A DNA stretch of 64,000 bases from an uncultured Thermoleophilia bacterium (GCA_963715985.1 CAVQSP010000010.1:160001-224000), one strand, 5' to 3'; counted from the stretch's first letter, positions 31,594 through 41,530 are shown. The notes: generated by a model from the letters alone, not told the origin. Numbers and translations are program-made.

Positions 31594-32139
31594 ATGGCAG
31601 AGCCGTACAAGAACACGCCGCCGGCACCCGAGGACAAGGGCGCCATGACCGCCCAGAACATCGCCGCCGCGCTGGCCGGCGAGAGCCAGGCCTCGCAGAA
31701 GTACCTGGCCTTCGCCGACGTCGCCGACGCCGAGGGCTACCCCAACGTGGCGCGCCTCTTCCGCGCCGTGGCCTACGCCGAGAGCACGCACGCCCGCAAC
31801 CACCTCAGCGTGCTCGGCGGCATCGGCACCACGACCGAGAACCTCAAGGCCGCGTGGGGCGGCGAGACCTTCGAGATCGACGAGATGTACCCAGCCTACG
31901 ACGCCGTCGCCAAGCTGCAGGGCAACAAGAGCGCGCAGACCAGCATCCGCTACGCCCTCACGGCCGAGAAGGACCACCAGGGCATCTACGACAGCACGCT
32001 CAAGGGCGTCGAGGGCCAGGCTGACCTCGGCGCCGCTGCCGTCCGCGTCTGCCCCATCTGCGGCCACACCGTCCTCGGCGATGCTCCGGACGAGTGCCCC
32101 GTGTGCGGCACCGCCGGCTCGTACTTCAAGGAGTTCTGA
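31594..32139 (+). CDS. rbr: Rubrerythrin
   Basis: AGESQA..KY, AESTHA, GETFE..EMYP, C-terminal CPIC..CPVC. Confidence 0.93.
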   Translation: MAEPYKNTPPAPEDKGAMTAQNIAAALAGESQASQKYLAFADVADAEGYPNVARLFRAVAYAESTHARNHLSVLGGIGTTTENLKAAWGGETFEIDEMYPAYDAVAKLQGNKSAQTSIRYALTAEKDHQGIYDSTLKGVEGQADLGAAAVRVCPICGHTVLGDAPDECPVCGTAGSYFKEF

Positions 32140-32140
32140 G

Positions 32141-32686
32141 ATGGACGAGGCTTTCGAGAAGCGCCTTCCCAAGCCCGAAGAGCTCAACGCGATGACGAAG
32201 GAGAGCCTCGCGGCCGCCTTCGCCGGTGAGAGCCAGGCGGCCGAGAAGTACCTCGTCTGGGCCGACCAGGCCGAGGAGGAAGGGTTCCCGAACGTCGCCA
32301 AGCTGTTCCGCGCCATCTCCTTCGCCGAGACTCGCCACGCGCGCAATCACCTGCGCGTGATGGGCGGCATCGGCAGCACCGCCGACAACCTCGCCGCGGC
32401 CTTCGGCGGCGAGAGCTTCGAGGTCGACGAGATGTACCCGGCCTACCACGAGATCGCGAAGCTGCAGGGCAACAACCAGGCCGTGCGCAGCATCAACTAC
32501 GCGCTCAAGTCCGAGGTGGACCACAAGGGCCAGTACACCGCTGCCCGCGAGGCCGTCGTGGCCGGCAGCGACATCGCCGAGACGCAGGTCAACGTGTGCC
32601 TCATCTGCGGTCACACCGTGGTCGGCGACGCGCCGGACAAGTGCCCCTACTGCGCCGCCACCAAGGAGTACTACCGCACGTTCTGA
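32141..32686 (+). CDS. rbr: Rubrerythrin (tandem paralog)
   Basis: AFAGESQA, AETRHA, GESFE..EMYP, CLIC..CPYC. Confidence 0.93.
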   Translation: MDEAFEKRLPKPEELNAMTKESLAAAFAGESQAAEKYLVWADQAEEEGFPNVAKLFRAISFAETRHARNHLRVMGGIGSTADNLAAAFGGESFEVDEMYPAYHEIAKLQGNNQAVRSINYALKSEVDHKGQYTAAREAVVAGSDIAETQVNVCLICGHTVVGDAPDKCPYCAATKEYYRTF

Positions 32687-32922
32687 TCGTCGGCGGAGGC
32701 GCGGCGCCGCTTCGGCGGCCGCGCCCCGAGCAGCTTGACCCGGCGGGGCCGGGCGGCGACAGCCGCCCGGCCCCGCCGTCGTTCTCCGTTCATCCGGCGG
32801 CGGCACTCCGCCATCGGCCCCGGCGATCAGCAGGCCACAGGCGGGTGGACCGAGGCCGCACCGGGTACACCCCCTTGCATGTGCAACTATTCTTCCAGCT
32901 CTCCGCACAGGAGGGACGAGTG

Positions 32923-33354
32923 ATGGAACGCAAGAGCTTCGCACGGCCGTGGATCGCCGTCTCGGCAGTGCTGGTGATCGCCCTGCTCGTGGCGGCCTGC
33001 GGTGGTGCGGCCTCCGGGGCGGTGACGACGTCTTCGGCGAGTGCGCCGGTGTCCGGCGGAGGCATGGGGAGCGCGACCAGCGTGCTGATCGCGAGCTACG
33101 CCTTCTCGCCGCAGTCGATCACCGTCAAGGCGGGTACCACGGTCACCTGGACCAACAACGACTCGGTGCCGCACAACGTGGTCTCGGCCAGCGACGCCTC
33201 GACTGGCGCCTCGACGACGGACACGTTCGCCAGCGGCAACCTGACCCAGGGCCAGACGTTCAGCTACACGTTCGACACGGCCGGTACTTACTACTACGAG
33301 TGCTCCATCCATGCGTCGATGGCGACCATGCACGGGACGGTGGTCGTGCAGTAG
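32923..33354 (+). CDS. Plastocyanin/azurin-like cupredoxin lipoprotein
   Basis: VAAC lipobox; PHNV and YECSIH..M type-1 copper ligands. Confidence 0.88.
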   Translation: MERKSFARPWIAVSAVLVIALLVAACGGAASGAVTTSSASAPVSGGGMGSATSVLIASYAFSPQSITVKAGTTVTWTNNDSVPHNVVSASDASTGASTTDTFASGNLTQGQTFSYTFDTAGTYYYECSIHASMATMHGTVVVQ

Positions 33355-33403
33355 TGACGCGAGCCCCCGGGGCGGCGCTGCGCGCCGCCCCGGGGGCTCG
33401 TCA
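33355..33403. terminator. Hairpin between convergent genes
   Basis: cgagcccccggggcggcgc ... gcgccgccccgggggctcg. Confidence 0.6.
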
Positions 33404-33457
33404 CATGGCTTGGTCTGATCGCCCGGTCCGGCGTGCCCGGCGCGGGGCGAACTCGCG

Positions 33458-34189
33458 TCAGCCGCCTGCGGCCGACGCCGAGGGGGACGGCGAGGCGGTC
33501 AGCGTGGCAGGGTCGTAGCCGGCCGCGTACTCGACGCCGATGTCCTCGGCGCGCTGCCTCAGCCAGTCGGCCCACGTCGCGTCCTGGGCCGCCTGCAGAA
33601 GCGTTGCCTGGATGGTCGCCTTCGCCTTCGCGAACGTGGCCGTCTTCTTCTTCTTGCTCAGCTCGCTCTTGTGGGCGTCCCAGTAAGCCTGCATCTCCTC
33701 GTCGCTGACCTTGACGTCCTTCACGACCTTGGCCTGCAGTTTCTGCGTGAGGAGCTGCGACCTGATCGTCCGCTCGAGGAGGTCTTGGGTCATGCCCGCC
33801 TGCGTGAGCATCGCCTCAAACGCCTTGGCGCCACCGTAGGCTTCCTGCATCTTGGAGATCTGGTCCTTGACCTCCGTGTCGGTGACGGATACGTCGTACT
33901 TGGCCGCGCTCTTGGCGATGACCTGGAGCTGTACGAGATAGTCCACGATCTGGCCCGTGTACCGGTCGTACTCGGCCGTGCCCACTTTCGGGTAGCTCGA
34001 TCCCTGTGCCTTGAGCTGGGCTGTGGCCTGGGCGACGAGCTCGTCGTACTGCGCTTTGGTGATGGTGGTGTCGCCGACGGTCGCGACCGCGTCGCTCGGC
34101 ACGCTGCCGCCGCTCCCGCCGCAACCGGCCGCGGCGAGGATCCCGAGCAGCGCGAGAACGAGGATGACGGCGCCGGTCTTGCGTTTCAC
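33458..34189 (-). CDS. SurA N-terminal/PrsA-like chaperone lipoprotein without PPIase domain
   Basis: AAGC lipobox; AVATVGDTTITKAQYD, VSVTDTEV, VSDEEMQAYW. Confidence 0.8.
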   Translation of the reverse strand: MKRKTGAVILVLALLGILAAAGCGGSGGSVPSDAVATVGDTTITKAQYDELVAQATAQLKAQGSSYPKVGTAEYDRYTGQIVDYLVQLQVIAKSAAKYDVSVTDTEVKDQISKMQEAYGGAKAFEAMLTQAGMTQDLLERTIRSQLLTQKLQAKVVKDVKVSDEEMQAYWDAHKSELSKKKKTATFAKAKATIQATLLQAAQDATWADWLRQRAEDIGVEYAAGYDPATLTASPSPSASAAGG

Positions 34190-34224
34190 GTGACCCCCTC
34201 GATGGGACCTGGACAGACCGCAGG

Positions 34225-34279
34225 ATGCTAGTACATCCCCCTGAGCATCATCTGTGACGAAGCTGAGAGCAACCTGAGA
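34225..34279 (-). promoter_or_regulatory. MprA-like TCTCAG-N5 direct-repeat array (four units) plus TAGCAT -10
   Basis: ctgag/ctgtg at 34241, 34252, 34263, 34274; -10 lies 10 nt after the last unit. Confidence 0.7.
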
Positions 34280-34336
34280 GACACGCTTCAGGAGGCTGGA
34301 CCGACGTTCCTCGACGCGTGCGGTGCCGCGGGGGTC

Positions 34337-35059
34337 TCAGCTGGGGGATGCGGAGGCGGACGGCGTGGGCATGGTGGCCGGATCGTAGCCTTCCGCGTAC
34401 GTCACGCCCAGCTCCTTGCCGCGCTTCTCCAGCCAGGCGGCCCACGCCTCACGCTGAGCTGCCGCCAGGAGTGTGGCGCGGATGATCGGCTTGGCCTTCG
34501 CGAACGTCGCCGTCTTCTCCGTCTGGCTGAGCTCGTCCTTGTGGGCGGTCCAGTAGCCCTTGACCTGGCCGTCGGTGACCTGCGTGCCTTTGAGGACCGC
34601 GGCCTGCACGCCCTGCGTGACCAGACGCGTCTTCATCGACGCCCTGAACATGGCCTCAGTCAGCCCGGCGTCCTGGAGCTTCGCCGTGAGCTGGGCCGCG
34701 CCGCCGAAGGCCTCCTCCATCTTCGCGATCTGGTCGGCCACCTCGGCGTCGGTGACCGACACGCCGTACTTGGGGGCGCTCAGGAGGACGATCTGGTTCT
34801 GGACGAGGTAGTCGACGATCGGGACGGCGTACTCGTTGTAGGCCGGCGTGCCCGCCTTGGGGAAGTCCGCGCCCTGCTGCTTGAGCTGGGCTGTGGCCTG
34901 GGCGATGAGCTCGTCGAACTGCGCCTTGGTGACGCTCGTGCCGCCCACGGTGGCGATGGCGTCGCCGGACACGCCGCCGCCGCTTCCGCCGCAGCCGGCG
35001 GCGGCGAGGACGCCCAGCAGCACGAGCGCGAGGAAGATGGCTGAGGCCTTGCGTGTCAC
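34337..35059 (-). CDS. SurA N-terminal/PrsA-like chaperone lipoprotein (tandem paralog)
   Basis: Colinear with 33458-34189; shared KTATFAKAK and GYDPAT. Confidence 0.8.
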   Translation of the reverse strand: MTRKASAIFLALVLLGVLAAAGCGGSGGGVSGDAIATVGGTSVTKAQFDELIAQATAQLKQQGADFPKAGTPAYNEYAVPIVDYLVQNQIVLLSAPKYGVSVTDAEVADQIAKMEEAFGGAAQLTAKLQDAGLTEAMFRASMKTRLVTQGVQAAVLKGTQVTDGQVKGYWTAHKDELSQTEKTATFAKAKPIIRATLLAAAQREAWAAWLEKRGKELGVTYAEGYDPATMPTPSASASPS

Positions 35060-35324
35060 GTGACTCCCCTCGAGAGAACGCGGATCGGCGCCGGAGTGGG
35101 CTTGGACTCCGGCAGCGCCTGCGATTGTAGCGGGTCTGGCCGAGCGGCGTCCGCGCGGGAGCCCGCTGAGACTGGAGGGAGTGTTGCTGCGGGGGCCCCG
35201 GCGTGCGCCGCGAGACGCCAGCCCCCGCCCGACTCATGCGACGGGGCGACGTGCCATGCCATATGGTCTAGAATCTGCCGGCACGCGCGGGCTGAGCCCG
35301 CGGCATCGTCAGGAGGTCCGCGAC

Positions 35325-35777
35325 GTGGGTTACAACTTCGGTGTCGGCCGCGAGGCGCCGACCTTCACGCTCAGCGCCGCCGACGGCAACGAGATCGCCC
35401 TCGCGCAGTACCGCGGCGACTGGCTTCCCGTTCTTGTGTTCCTGCCCGCCGCGGATCCCGGTGCCGGCGCCGCGCTGACCGGGCTGAGCGCGGCCGCCGA
35501 CACGCTCTGGGGCCTGCGCGGCCAACTGCTCGGCGTGTGTGACGCCGGCGCGGACGCGCTCCGCGACCTGGCCGCATCCACCGAGGGCCTCTCCTTCCCG
35601 CTGCTCGCGGACGACGGCACCGTGGCCCGCGCGTACGGGGCGCTCAAGCCGGACGGCGCGCTGCGGCCGATGGTGTTCGTAGTGGACCGCGCGGGCAAGA
35701 TCGTGTGGAGCGGCGAGGGCGCCGAGGCGCTCGTGCCGGAGGCCATCGTGGCGGCGTTCCGCCAGGTGGTGCGCTGA
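35325..35777 (+). CDS. AhpC/TSA (peroxiredoxin-fold) protein lacking the peroxidatic Cys
   Basis: APTFTL, VLVFLP, FPLLAD..VARAYG, FVVDRAGKI; AGGAGG RBS. Confidence 0.75.
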   Translation: MGYNFGVGREAPTFTLSAADGNEIALAQYRGDWLPVLVFLPAADPGAGAALTGLSAAADTLWGLRGQLLGVCDAGADALRDLAASTEGLSFPLLADDGTVARAYGALKPDGALRPMVFVVDRAGKIVWSGEGAEALVPEAIVAAFRQVVR

Positions 35778-35844
35778 TTCCTGTTCCTTTCCCGGTGCGC
35801 GGGGGAAAACAGGACAGGAAGCACCCGAAAAGGAGCCCCTCCCC

Positions 35845-36213
35845 ATGATCGTCGGTCAGACCATGTTCAGCGTGCTCAAGGGCACGGAGCACCGCGCCGA
35901 GGCAGCTCTGCAGGAGCTCGCCGCCACCGTGAGTGTCGCGCCCGGACACGGCAGCCATCGCATCCTGCGCTCCTTCGGCATGTCGCCGCTGGCCAGCGCC
36001 TTGCACGACGAGGGCCGTGAGGCCGCGCTCGGCGACGTGCACTTCGTCTTCGAGACGCAGTGGGAGTCGCTGCAGGACCACGACGCGTTCTACGCCGGCA
36101 ACGCCGTGCGCCGCGTGTACTCCACCCTGCAGTCCATCCTCACCAGCGGACCGTTCGAGGTGCTGTACGACGGGCTTGTGGAGCAGCCCGAGCACGACAA
36201 TGTGGCCATTTAG
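35845..36213 (+). CDS. Antibiotic biosynthesis monooxygenase (ABM)-like protein
   Basis: Dimeric alpha/beta-barrel pattern: APG...FVFETQWESLQDHDAF. Confidence 0.6.
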   Translation: MIVGQTMFSVLKGTEHRAEAALQELAATVSVAPGHGSHRILRSFGMSPLASALHDEGREAALGDVHFVFETQWESLQDHDAFYAGNAVRRVYSTLQSILTSGPFEVLYDGLVEQPEHDNVAI

Positions 36214-36541
36214 TCGCGGTTCGTCGGGCGTCGCCGTCGGCGACGTCGACGTGCGCGAGGCGTACGATCGGTGCCGGCGTGGCGCGAAGCTCGTCGACGT
36301 GCGCTCCCCCGGCGAGTTCCGGGGGTCGCGCGCCAAGGGCGCTCGCAACGTGTCGCCCGACCAGATCAAGAGGGACGCCACCGGGCTCAAGCGGGACGAC
36401 GAGCTCCTCGTCATCTGTGCGAGCGGCCACCGCAGCTCGCGCGCCGCGCGCCAGCTTGCAGGCATGGGGTTCACCAACGTGAGCAACGTGCGCGGCGGCC
36501 TGCACGCGTGGAGGAGCGCCGGGCTGCCGCTCAAGAAGTAG
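36200..36541 (+). CDS. Rhodanese-domain sulfurtransferase
   Basis: LVDVRSPGEF, VICASGHRS, GGLHAW. Confidence 0.9.
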   Translation: MWPFSRGSSGVAVGDVDVREAYDRCRRGAKLVDVRSPGEFRGSRAKGARNVSPDQIKRDATGLKRDDELLVICASGHRSSRAARQLAGMGFTNVSNVRGGLHAWRSAGLPLKK

Positions 36542-36571
36542 TGCGGTGAGGGCGCGGCACGCGCGCCCGGG

Positions 36572-36790
36572 TCAGACGCGTCAGCCGCCGGCCGATACCT
36601 GTACCGTGCCGTCCTCCTCCACGATGACCGGCACGATCATGCTGCCGAGGGTGAGTTCGGCGAGCTTCTCGGTGGCGCCGGGCGCGGTGGTGACGTCCAC
36701 GTCCTCGTACTCCACGCCCCGTGCGATGAGGTCGTTGCGGGCGGCGGTGCAGTACGGGCATCCGGGCTTGGTGTAGATGACGACGGACAC
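36572..36790 (-). CDS. UXX-star glutaredoxin-like selenoprotein
   Basis: IYTKPGCPYC...IVPVIVE..GG-UGA-R-V-UGA with SECIS-like hairpin GGGCGCG-CGUGC-CGCGCCC 12 nt after the first UGA. Confidence 0.85.
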
Positions 36791-36890
36791 GGACCCTCCT
36801 CTGACGGCGGCCCGGCAGGCCCGGACCTCTCCAAGTCTACAGCGGTTCCAACGCCTGCGGGCCTTCGCCGCCAGTCTCGATCGCCGCCGG

Positions 36891-39482
36891 CTAGCGCCGG
36901 AACAGCCGCAAGCCGTTGGCCGTGACCAGCAGCGACGTGCCCATGTCGGCGAACACCGCCAGCCAGAGGCTCACGAGGCCCAGAGGAGCGAGCACCAGGA
37001 AGAGCCCCTTCACGGCGATCGAGAAGACGATGTTCTGCCAGATGATGCGCTTGGTGCGGCGGCCGAGGAGGATGACGCCGGGGACGGCCGTGAGGTCGTC
37101 GCCCATGAGCGCGATGTCGGCGGTCTGAAGCGCCGCGTCGGTGCCGGCCGCTCCCATGGCGATGCCGAGCGTGGCCGTGGCGAGAGCGGGGGCGTCGTTG
37201 ACGCCGTCGCCGACCATGGCGACCGCGTCGTAGCGGTCGCGCAACTCGGCGACGGCGGCCACCTTGTCGGCGGGCAGGAGGCCGGCACTGCACGTCGTCG
37301 ATGCCGGCCTGCGCGGCGATCGGCCGCGGCCGTCTCTGCGTTGTCGCCGGTCAGCATGGTGATGTGCTCGACGCCGAGCGCGCGCAGGCGCGCGACGGCG
37401 TCGGCGGCGCCGTCGCGCAGCGGGTCGCTGACGGCGATGACGCCCAGCGCGCCGTGCTCGTCGCCGACGGCCACGGCGGTCTTGCCCTCGCGCTCGAGGC
37501 GCGAGACGGCGGCGACCAGCTCGGGGTCGGCGGCGTGCACGCCGAGCAGCTCCGGGCGCCCGGCGAAGCAGAGGCGCCCGCCGATCTCGCCGCGCACGCC
37601 CTTGCCGGGGATCGCGCGGAAGCGCTCGACCACAGGTGCGTGCGCGTGGTCCTCGCGGGACTCGTGCACGTGGTCGGCGCGGGAGCTGTGCGCCGGGCCA
37701 TCGCAGGCGCAGGCATCCGGCGCGGAGTCGTCGCAGCCGCAGCCGCGGGCGCCGCGCGCGTGCGAGCACGGCGCGTGCCAGCGGGTGCTCGCTGAGCCGC
37801 TCCAGGGCTGCGGCCACCTTCAGCACCTCGTCCTCACTCGCCCCGCCCACCGCCACGACGTCGGTGACCTGCGGCCGGCCCACGGTGAGCGTGCCGGTCT
37901 TGTCGACGGCCACCGCCCTCAGGCCGGCGGCCTGCTCGAGGAACACGCCGCCCTTGATGAGCACGCCGTTGCGCGTGGCCCGCGCCAGAGCCGCGAGGAT
38001 GCTCACCGGGGTGCTGATCACGAGCGCGCACGGGCAGCTGATGATGAGCAGCGCGAGGCCGCGATAGAACCAGGTGTCGAACGAGGCGCCGAACAGCGGC
38101 GGCACGAAGGCGACGGCCGCCGCCAGCGCCACCACCGCGGGCGTGTAGCGGGCCGCGAAGCGGTCCACGATGCTCTGGGCGGGGGCACGCTGCGCCTGCG
38201 CCTCTTCCACGAGATGGACGATCCTGGCCACGGTGTTGTCGGAGCCCACCGCCGTGGCCCGCAGCCGCAGCGTGCCGCCCTCGACGATGGAGCCGGCGAA
38301 CACCTGGTCGCCCGGGCGCCTTGGTGACCGGGCGCGACTCGCCCGTGACCTGGGACTGGTCTGCTGCCGCGTGCCCGTCGATGACGATGCCGTCCACGGC
38401 GACGCGTTGCCCGGGGCGAGCGAGCACCACGTCGCCGGGCCGCACCTCTTCCACGGGGACCGTGGTCTCCTGCCCGTCGCGCAGCACGGCGGCCTCCGGG
38501 GGCGTCAGTGCCATGAGCCCGGTGATGGCGCGACGGGTCCGCTCCAGCGTGGCGACCTGCAGCACCGTGCCGAGGCCGAAGAGGAAGGTGACGAGGCCGG
38601 CCTCCGACCACTGTCCGATGGCTGCGGCGCCGACGGCGGCCAGCGTCATGAGGACGTTCATGTCCACCTGGCGGGCGCGGAGGCTGAAGAAGGCGGCGCG
38701 GGCCACGAAGGCCCCGCCCGCGACCATCGCCGCGGCGAAGAGCCAGGGCGAGGCGGCCGGCCACACGGCCTCGGCGACGAAGCCGGCGACGATGAAGATG
38801 CCGGAGACCAAGGTGAGCGCGGCGCGCCCGTCGCTGAGCCAGAAGCCGCGCGTCGGGGCTCGCGCTGCTCGCGCGGACGGCCGCGCCGGAGCCCTGCGGG
38901 CGCGCGGCCGCCTTCTCCTGCGCGCGCTCGAGCGTGTCGTAGCCGAGCCGCCGCACCGCTGTGTAGACGCGATCGAGGTCGGTGCGCGACGGGTCGATGG
39001 CCAGGGCGAGCGTGGCGGCGCCGAAGTTGACGTCCGCCCGGCGCACGCCACGTCTCTTTGCGCAGCGCACTCTGCAGCTTGACGGCGCAGTCGGCGCAGT
39101 CCATGCCGGTGACGTGCAGGATGCGCTGCTCGCTGCCGTCCTCGCCGGGCAGCGGTATGAGCAGATCGAGTTCGCCGTGGTCGTGCACGGCGAGCGGGCA
39201 GTGGTCGCTGCAGTGAGCCTGGGCGCCCGCGCGCCGCGCGTACGTGCGCACGGCGGTCGCGTCCAGCACCCCCTCGTCGAAGTGCACGCTCAGCAGGCCG
39301 CGAGAGACGTCTGCCTCGATGGCGTGGACGCCGTCCACGCGGCCGAGCTCGCGGCTCACCTCTTCCACGCACCCTCCACACTCGGCCTCGCGCGGCAGCA
39401 GCAGGGCGAGCTCCAGGGTGTGCTCGGTGAGCGCTGCGCTTTCGGCGCCCCGCTCGCTGAGCCCGCTGCGTCGCTCAGTCAT
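36891..39482 (-). CDS. P1B heavy-metal-translocating ATPase (ZntA/CadA-like), several frameshifts
   Basis: GMDCADC HMA, TGES, CPC, DKTGT, SEHP, VGDGVND, FADMG spread over several frames. Confidence 0.88.
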
Positions 39483-39904
39483 CTGAGCTCGCCTCCCGCC
39501 GGCCTCACCCAGCCGCCGTGCCGCACGTGCTCGCGCGTGATGTCCAGCAGCACGCGGATGTGCGCGTCGTCGGGCGAGTAGAACACCATCTTGCCGTCGC
39601 GGCGGGCGCGCACGAGGCCGTTGCTGCGCAGCACGCGCAGGTGGTGACTCACGTTGGACTCGCTCATCTCCACGGCGGCGGCGAGGTCGCACACGCACAG
39701 CTCGCCGGCCTCGATGATGGCCTCCACCAGACGGCAGCGGCTCGGGTCGGCGAGGACCTTGAACAGGCCCGAGATCGCCGCGGTCTCCTCCGCGCCCGCC
39801 AGCCCCTCACGCACCGTGCGCACCCGCGCAGGGTCCACCACGGTGACATCGCAGTGGTCGAGACGTTCGGCCTCGTCCTTGCCGCAGATCACGTCGTCGG
39901 ACAT
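39479..39904 (-). CDS. ArsR/SmtB-family metalloregulator (CadC-like)
   Basis: FKVLADPSR, GELCVCDLA, VSHHLRVLR, N-terminal Cys; alternative start at 39916. Confidence 0.92.
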   Translation of the reverse strand: MSDDVICGKDEAERLDHCDVTVVDPARVRTVREGLAGAEETAAISGLFKVLADPSRCRLVEAIIEAGELCVCDLAAAVEMSESNVSHHLRVLRSNGLVRARRDGKMVFYSPDDAHIRVLLDITREHVRHGGWVRPAGGELR

Positions 39905-39920
39905 CAGGTACCCCATATCT

Positions 39921-39948
39921 GAACATATGAGCGGACATTCATATGATA
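39921..39948. promoter_or_regulatory. SmtB/CadC-type inverted-repeat operator
   Basis: CATATGA-gcggacat-TCATATG directly upstream of the arsR-ATPase operon. Confidence 0.8.
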
Positions 39949-40004
39949 CCCGTCAGCCGCCCGTGTGCCAAGTGCTGTGAGGGCCATTGGGCGGGGGGCC
40001 TGGA

Positions 40005-40200
40005 CACGGCGCCGTGGTCTCCTCGCCGGCCTCGTTCACGCGTCCGCTCGTCGTCGGCTGGAAGGTCCGGCCGTCCACCACGACCAGCTCCCCCGTCGAG
40101 GTCGTCTAATGCGCCGGCCGCGAAGTCGCCGTGCTCCCGGATCGTCTTGAGGGGGATGTGCCGGTTGTAGACGCCCTCGTCGAGGGCGCTTTCCGGCGAA
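40005..40200 (-). pseudogene. Remnant of alpha-acetolactate decarboxylase
   Basis: SALDEGVY...EHGDFAAGALDDLDG / ELVVVDGRTFQ across a frameshift; no start or C-terminus. Confidence 0.6.
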
Positions 40201-40318
40201 CGGCTGGCCCTCCGGCGGTCGCGTGGAGATCCGCCGCGAAGAAGCAAGAGGGCGGGGCGCGCCGCGAGCGCCCCGCCCTCGTCACGCCGGCCCTTGCGGG
40301 CCGCCGGTCCTGCGGCCG

Positions 40319-41530
40319 TCACATGCTGGCCGGCCGCTCCGTCAGCGTCACCTGGACGTCCTTGGTGGAGTCGCCGCTGAGGACGGTGAGCGTCAGCGTG
40401 TCGCCGGGCTTGTGCTGGTTGATGATGGCGATGAGGTCCTCCATGCCGGCGACCTGCTCGCCGTCGATGGCGGTGATCACATCGCCGCCCGCGACGTATG
40501 TCTGGCCCTGGAGCTGCGACTGCTGCGAGCCGCCCTTGAGACCGGCTTTGGCGGCCGGGCTGTCGTTGGTCACGGCTGCGATCAGCACGCCGCCGTCGAC
40601 CTTGAGACCGAGGGCGGCGGCCACGTCGGACGTGACGCTCTGACCCTGGATGCCGAGCCACGCGTAGGTCACCTTGCCGCTCGTCTTGAGCTGCTCCATC
40701 ACGCCCCTGGCCGTGTTGATGGGCACCGCGAACCCGAGGCCCTGGTTGCCGCCGGACTGTGAGGCGATCTGCTCGTTGATGCCGATGACCTCGCCGGCGG
40801 CGTTGATGAGGGGGCCGCCCGAGTTGCCTTCGTTGATGGCGGCGTCCGTCTGGATGCCGTTGGGGATCACCGAACCGTTGGGCGACTGCAGGTTGCGGTC
40901 GGTCGCCGAGACGATGCCGGACGTCACCGTGAAGTCGTACCCCAGGGGATTGCCGATGGCCACCACGGGCTCGCCCACCTGCACCGCGTCCGAGTCGGCG
41001 AGCGGCAGCGCCAACAGGGTGGGCGCCTTGGCCGGATCGACCTTGAGCAGGGCGACGTCGCTGGTCTCGTCGACACCGACGATGGTCGCCGGCACCTTGG
41101 TCGACTCCGTGCCGTCGGCGGTCTTGAACACCACGCTCACCGTGGACGCGCGCTTGCCGTCGTTCTCTACGACGTGCGCGTTGGTGAGGATGTGGCCGTC
41201 GGTGGACACGACGAAACCGGAGCCCAGACCCTGCACCGGCCCGGACGACTGGCCGAAGGGGGATTGGGTCTGGCTCGCCGGGAACGTGGAGAAGACCTCG
41301 ACGACGCCGGCCGAGTACTGCTGGTAGATCTCCGCCGGTGTGAGCCCGGTGCTCGTGCTGCTCATCGACACTGTGGACGTGGATGGAGCGCCGGCCGTCG
41401 TCGCGCGGACGACCGTCTTGGTCTCAGTCTTCACCGGCAGGACGCCGACCACCATCAAGGCAACGAGGACCAGGGCAGTCGCGGCGATGCCGGCGAGGAA
41501 CATCCACAAAGCTGACGCTGACTTGCTCAT
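40319..41530 (-). CDS. htrA: HtrA/DegP-like membrane-anchored serine protease with PDZ domain
   Basis: GSGFVV, TNAHVV, IQTDAAINEGNSGGPL, C-terminal PDZ. Confidence 0.95.
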   Translation of the reverse strand: MSKSASALWMFLAGIAATALVLVALMVVGVLPVKTETKTVVRATTAGAPSTSTVSMSSTSTGLTPAEIYQQYSAGVVEVFSTFPASQTQSPFGQSSGPVQGLGSGFVVSTDGHILTNAHVVENDGKRASTVSVVFKTADGTESTKVPATIVGVDETSDVALLKVDPAKAPTLLALPLADSDAVQVGEPVVAIGNPLGYDFTVTSGIVSATDRNLQSPNGSVIPNGIQTDAAINEGNSGGPLINAAGEVIGINEQIASQSGGNQGLGFAVPINTARGVMEQLKTSGKVTYAWLGIQGQSVTSDVAAALGLKVDGGVLIAAVTNDSPAAKAGLKGGSQQSQLQGQTYVAGGDVITAIDGEQVAGMEDLIAIINQHKPGDTLTLTVLSGDSTKDVQVTLTERPASM

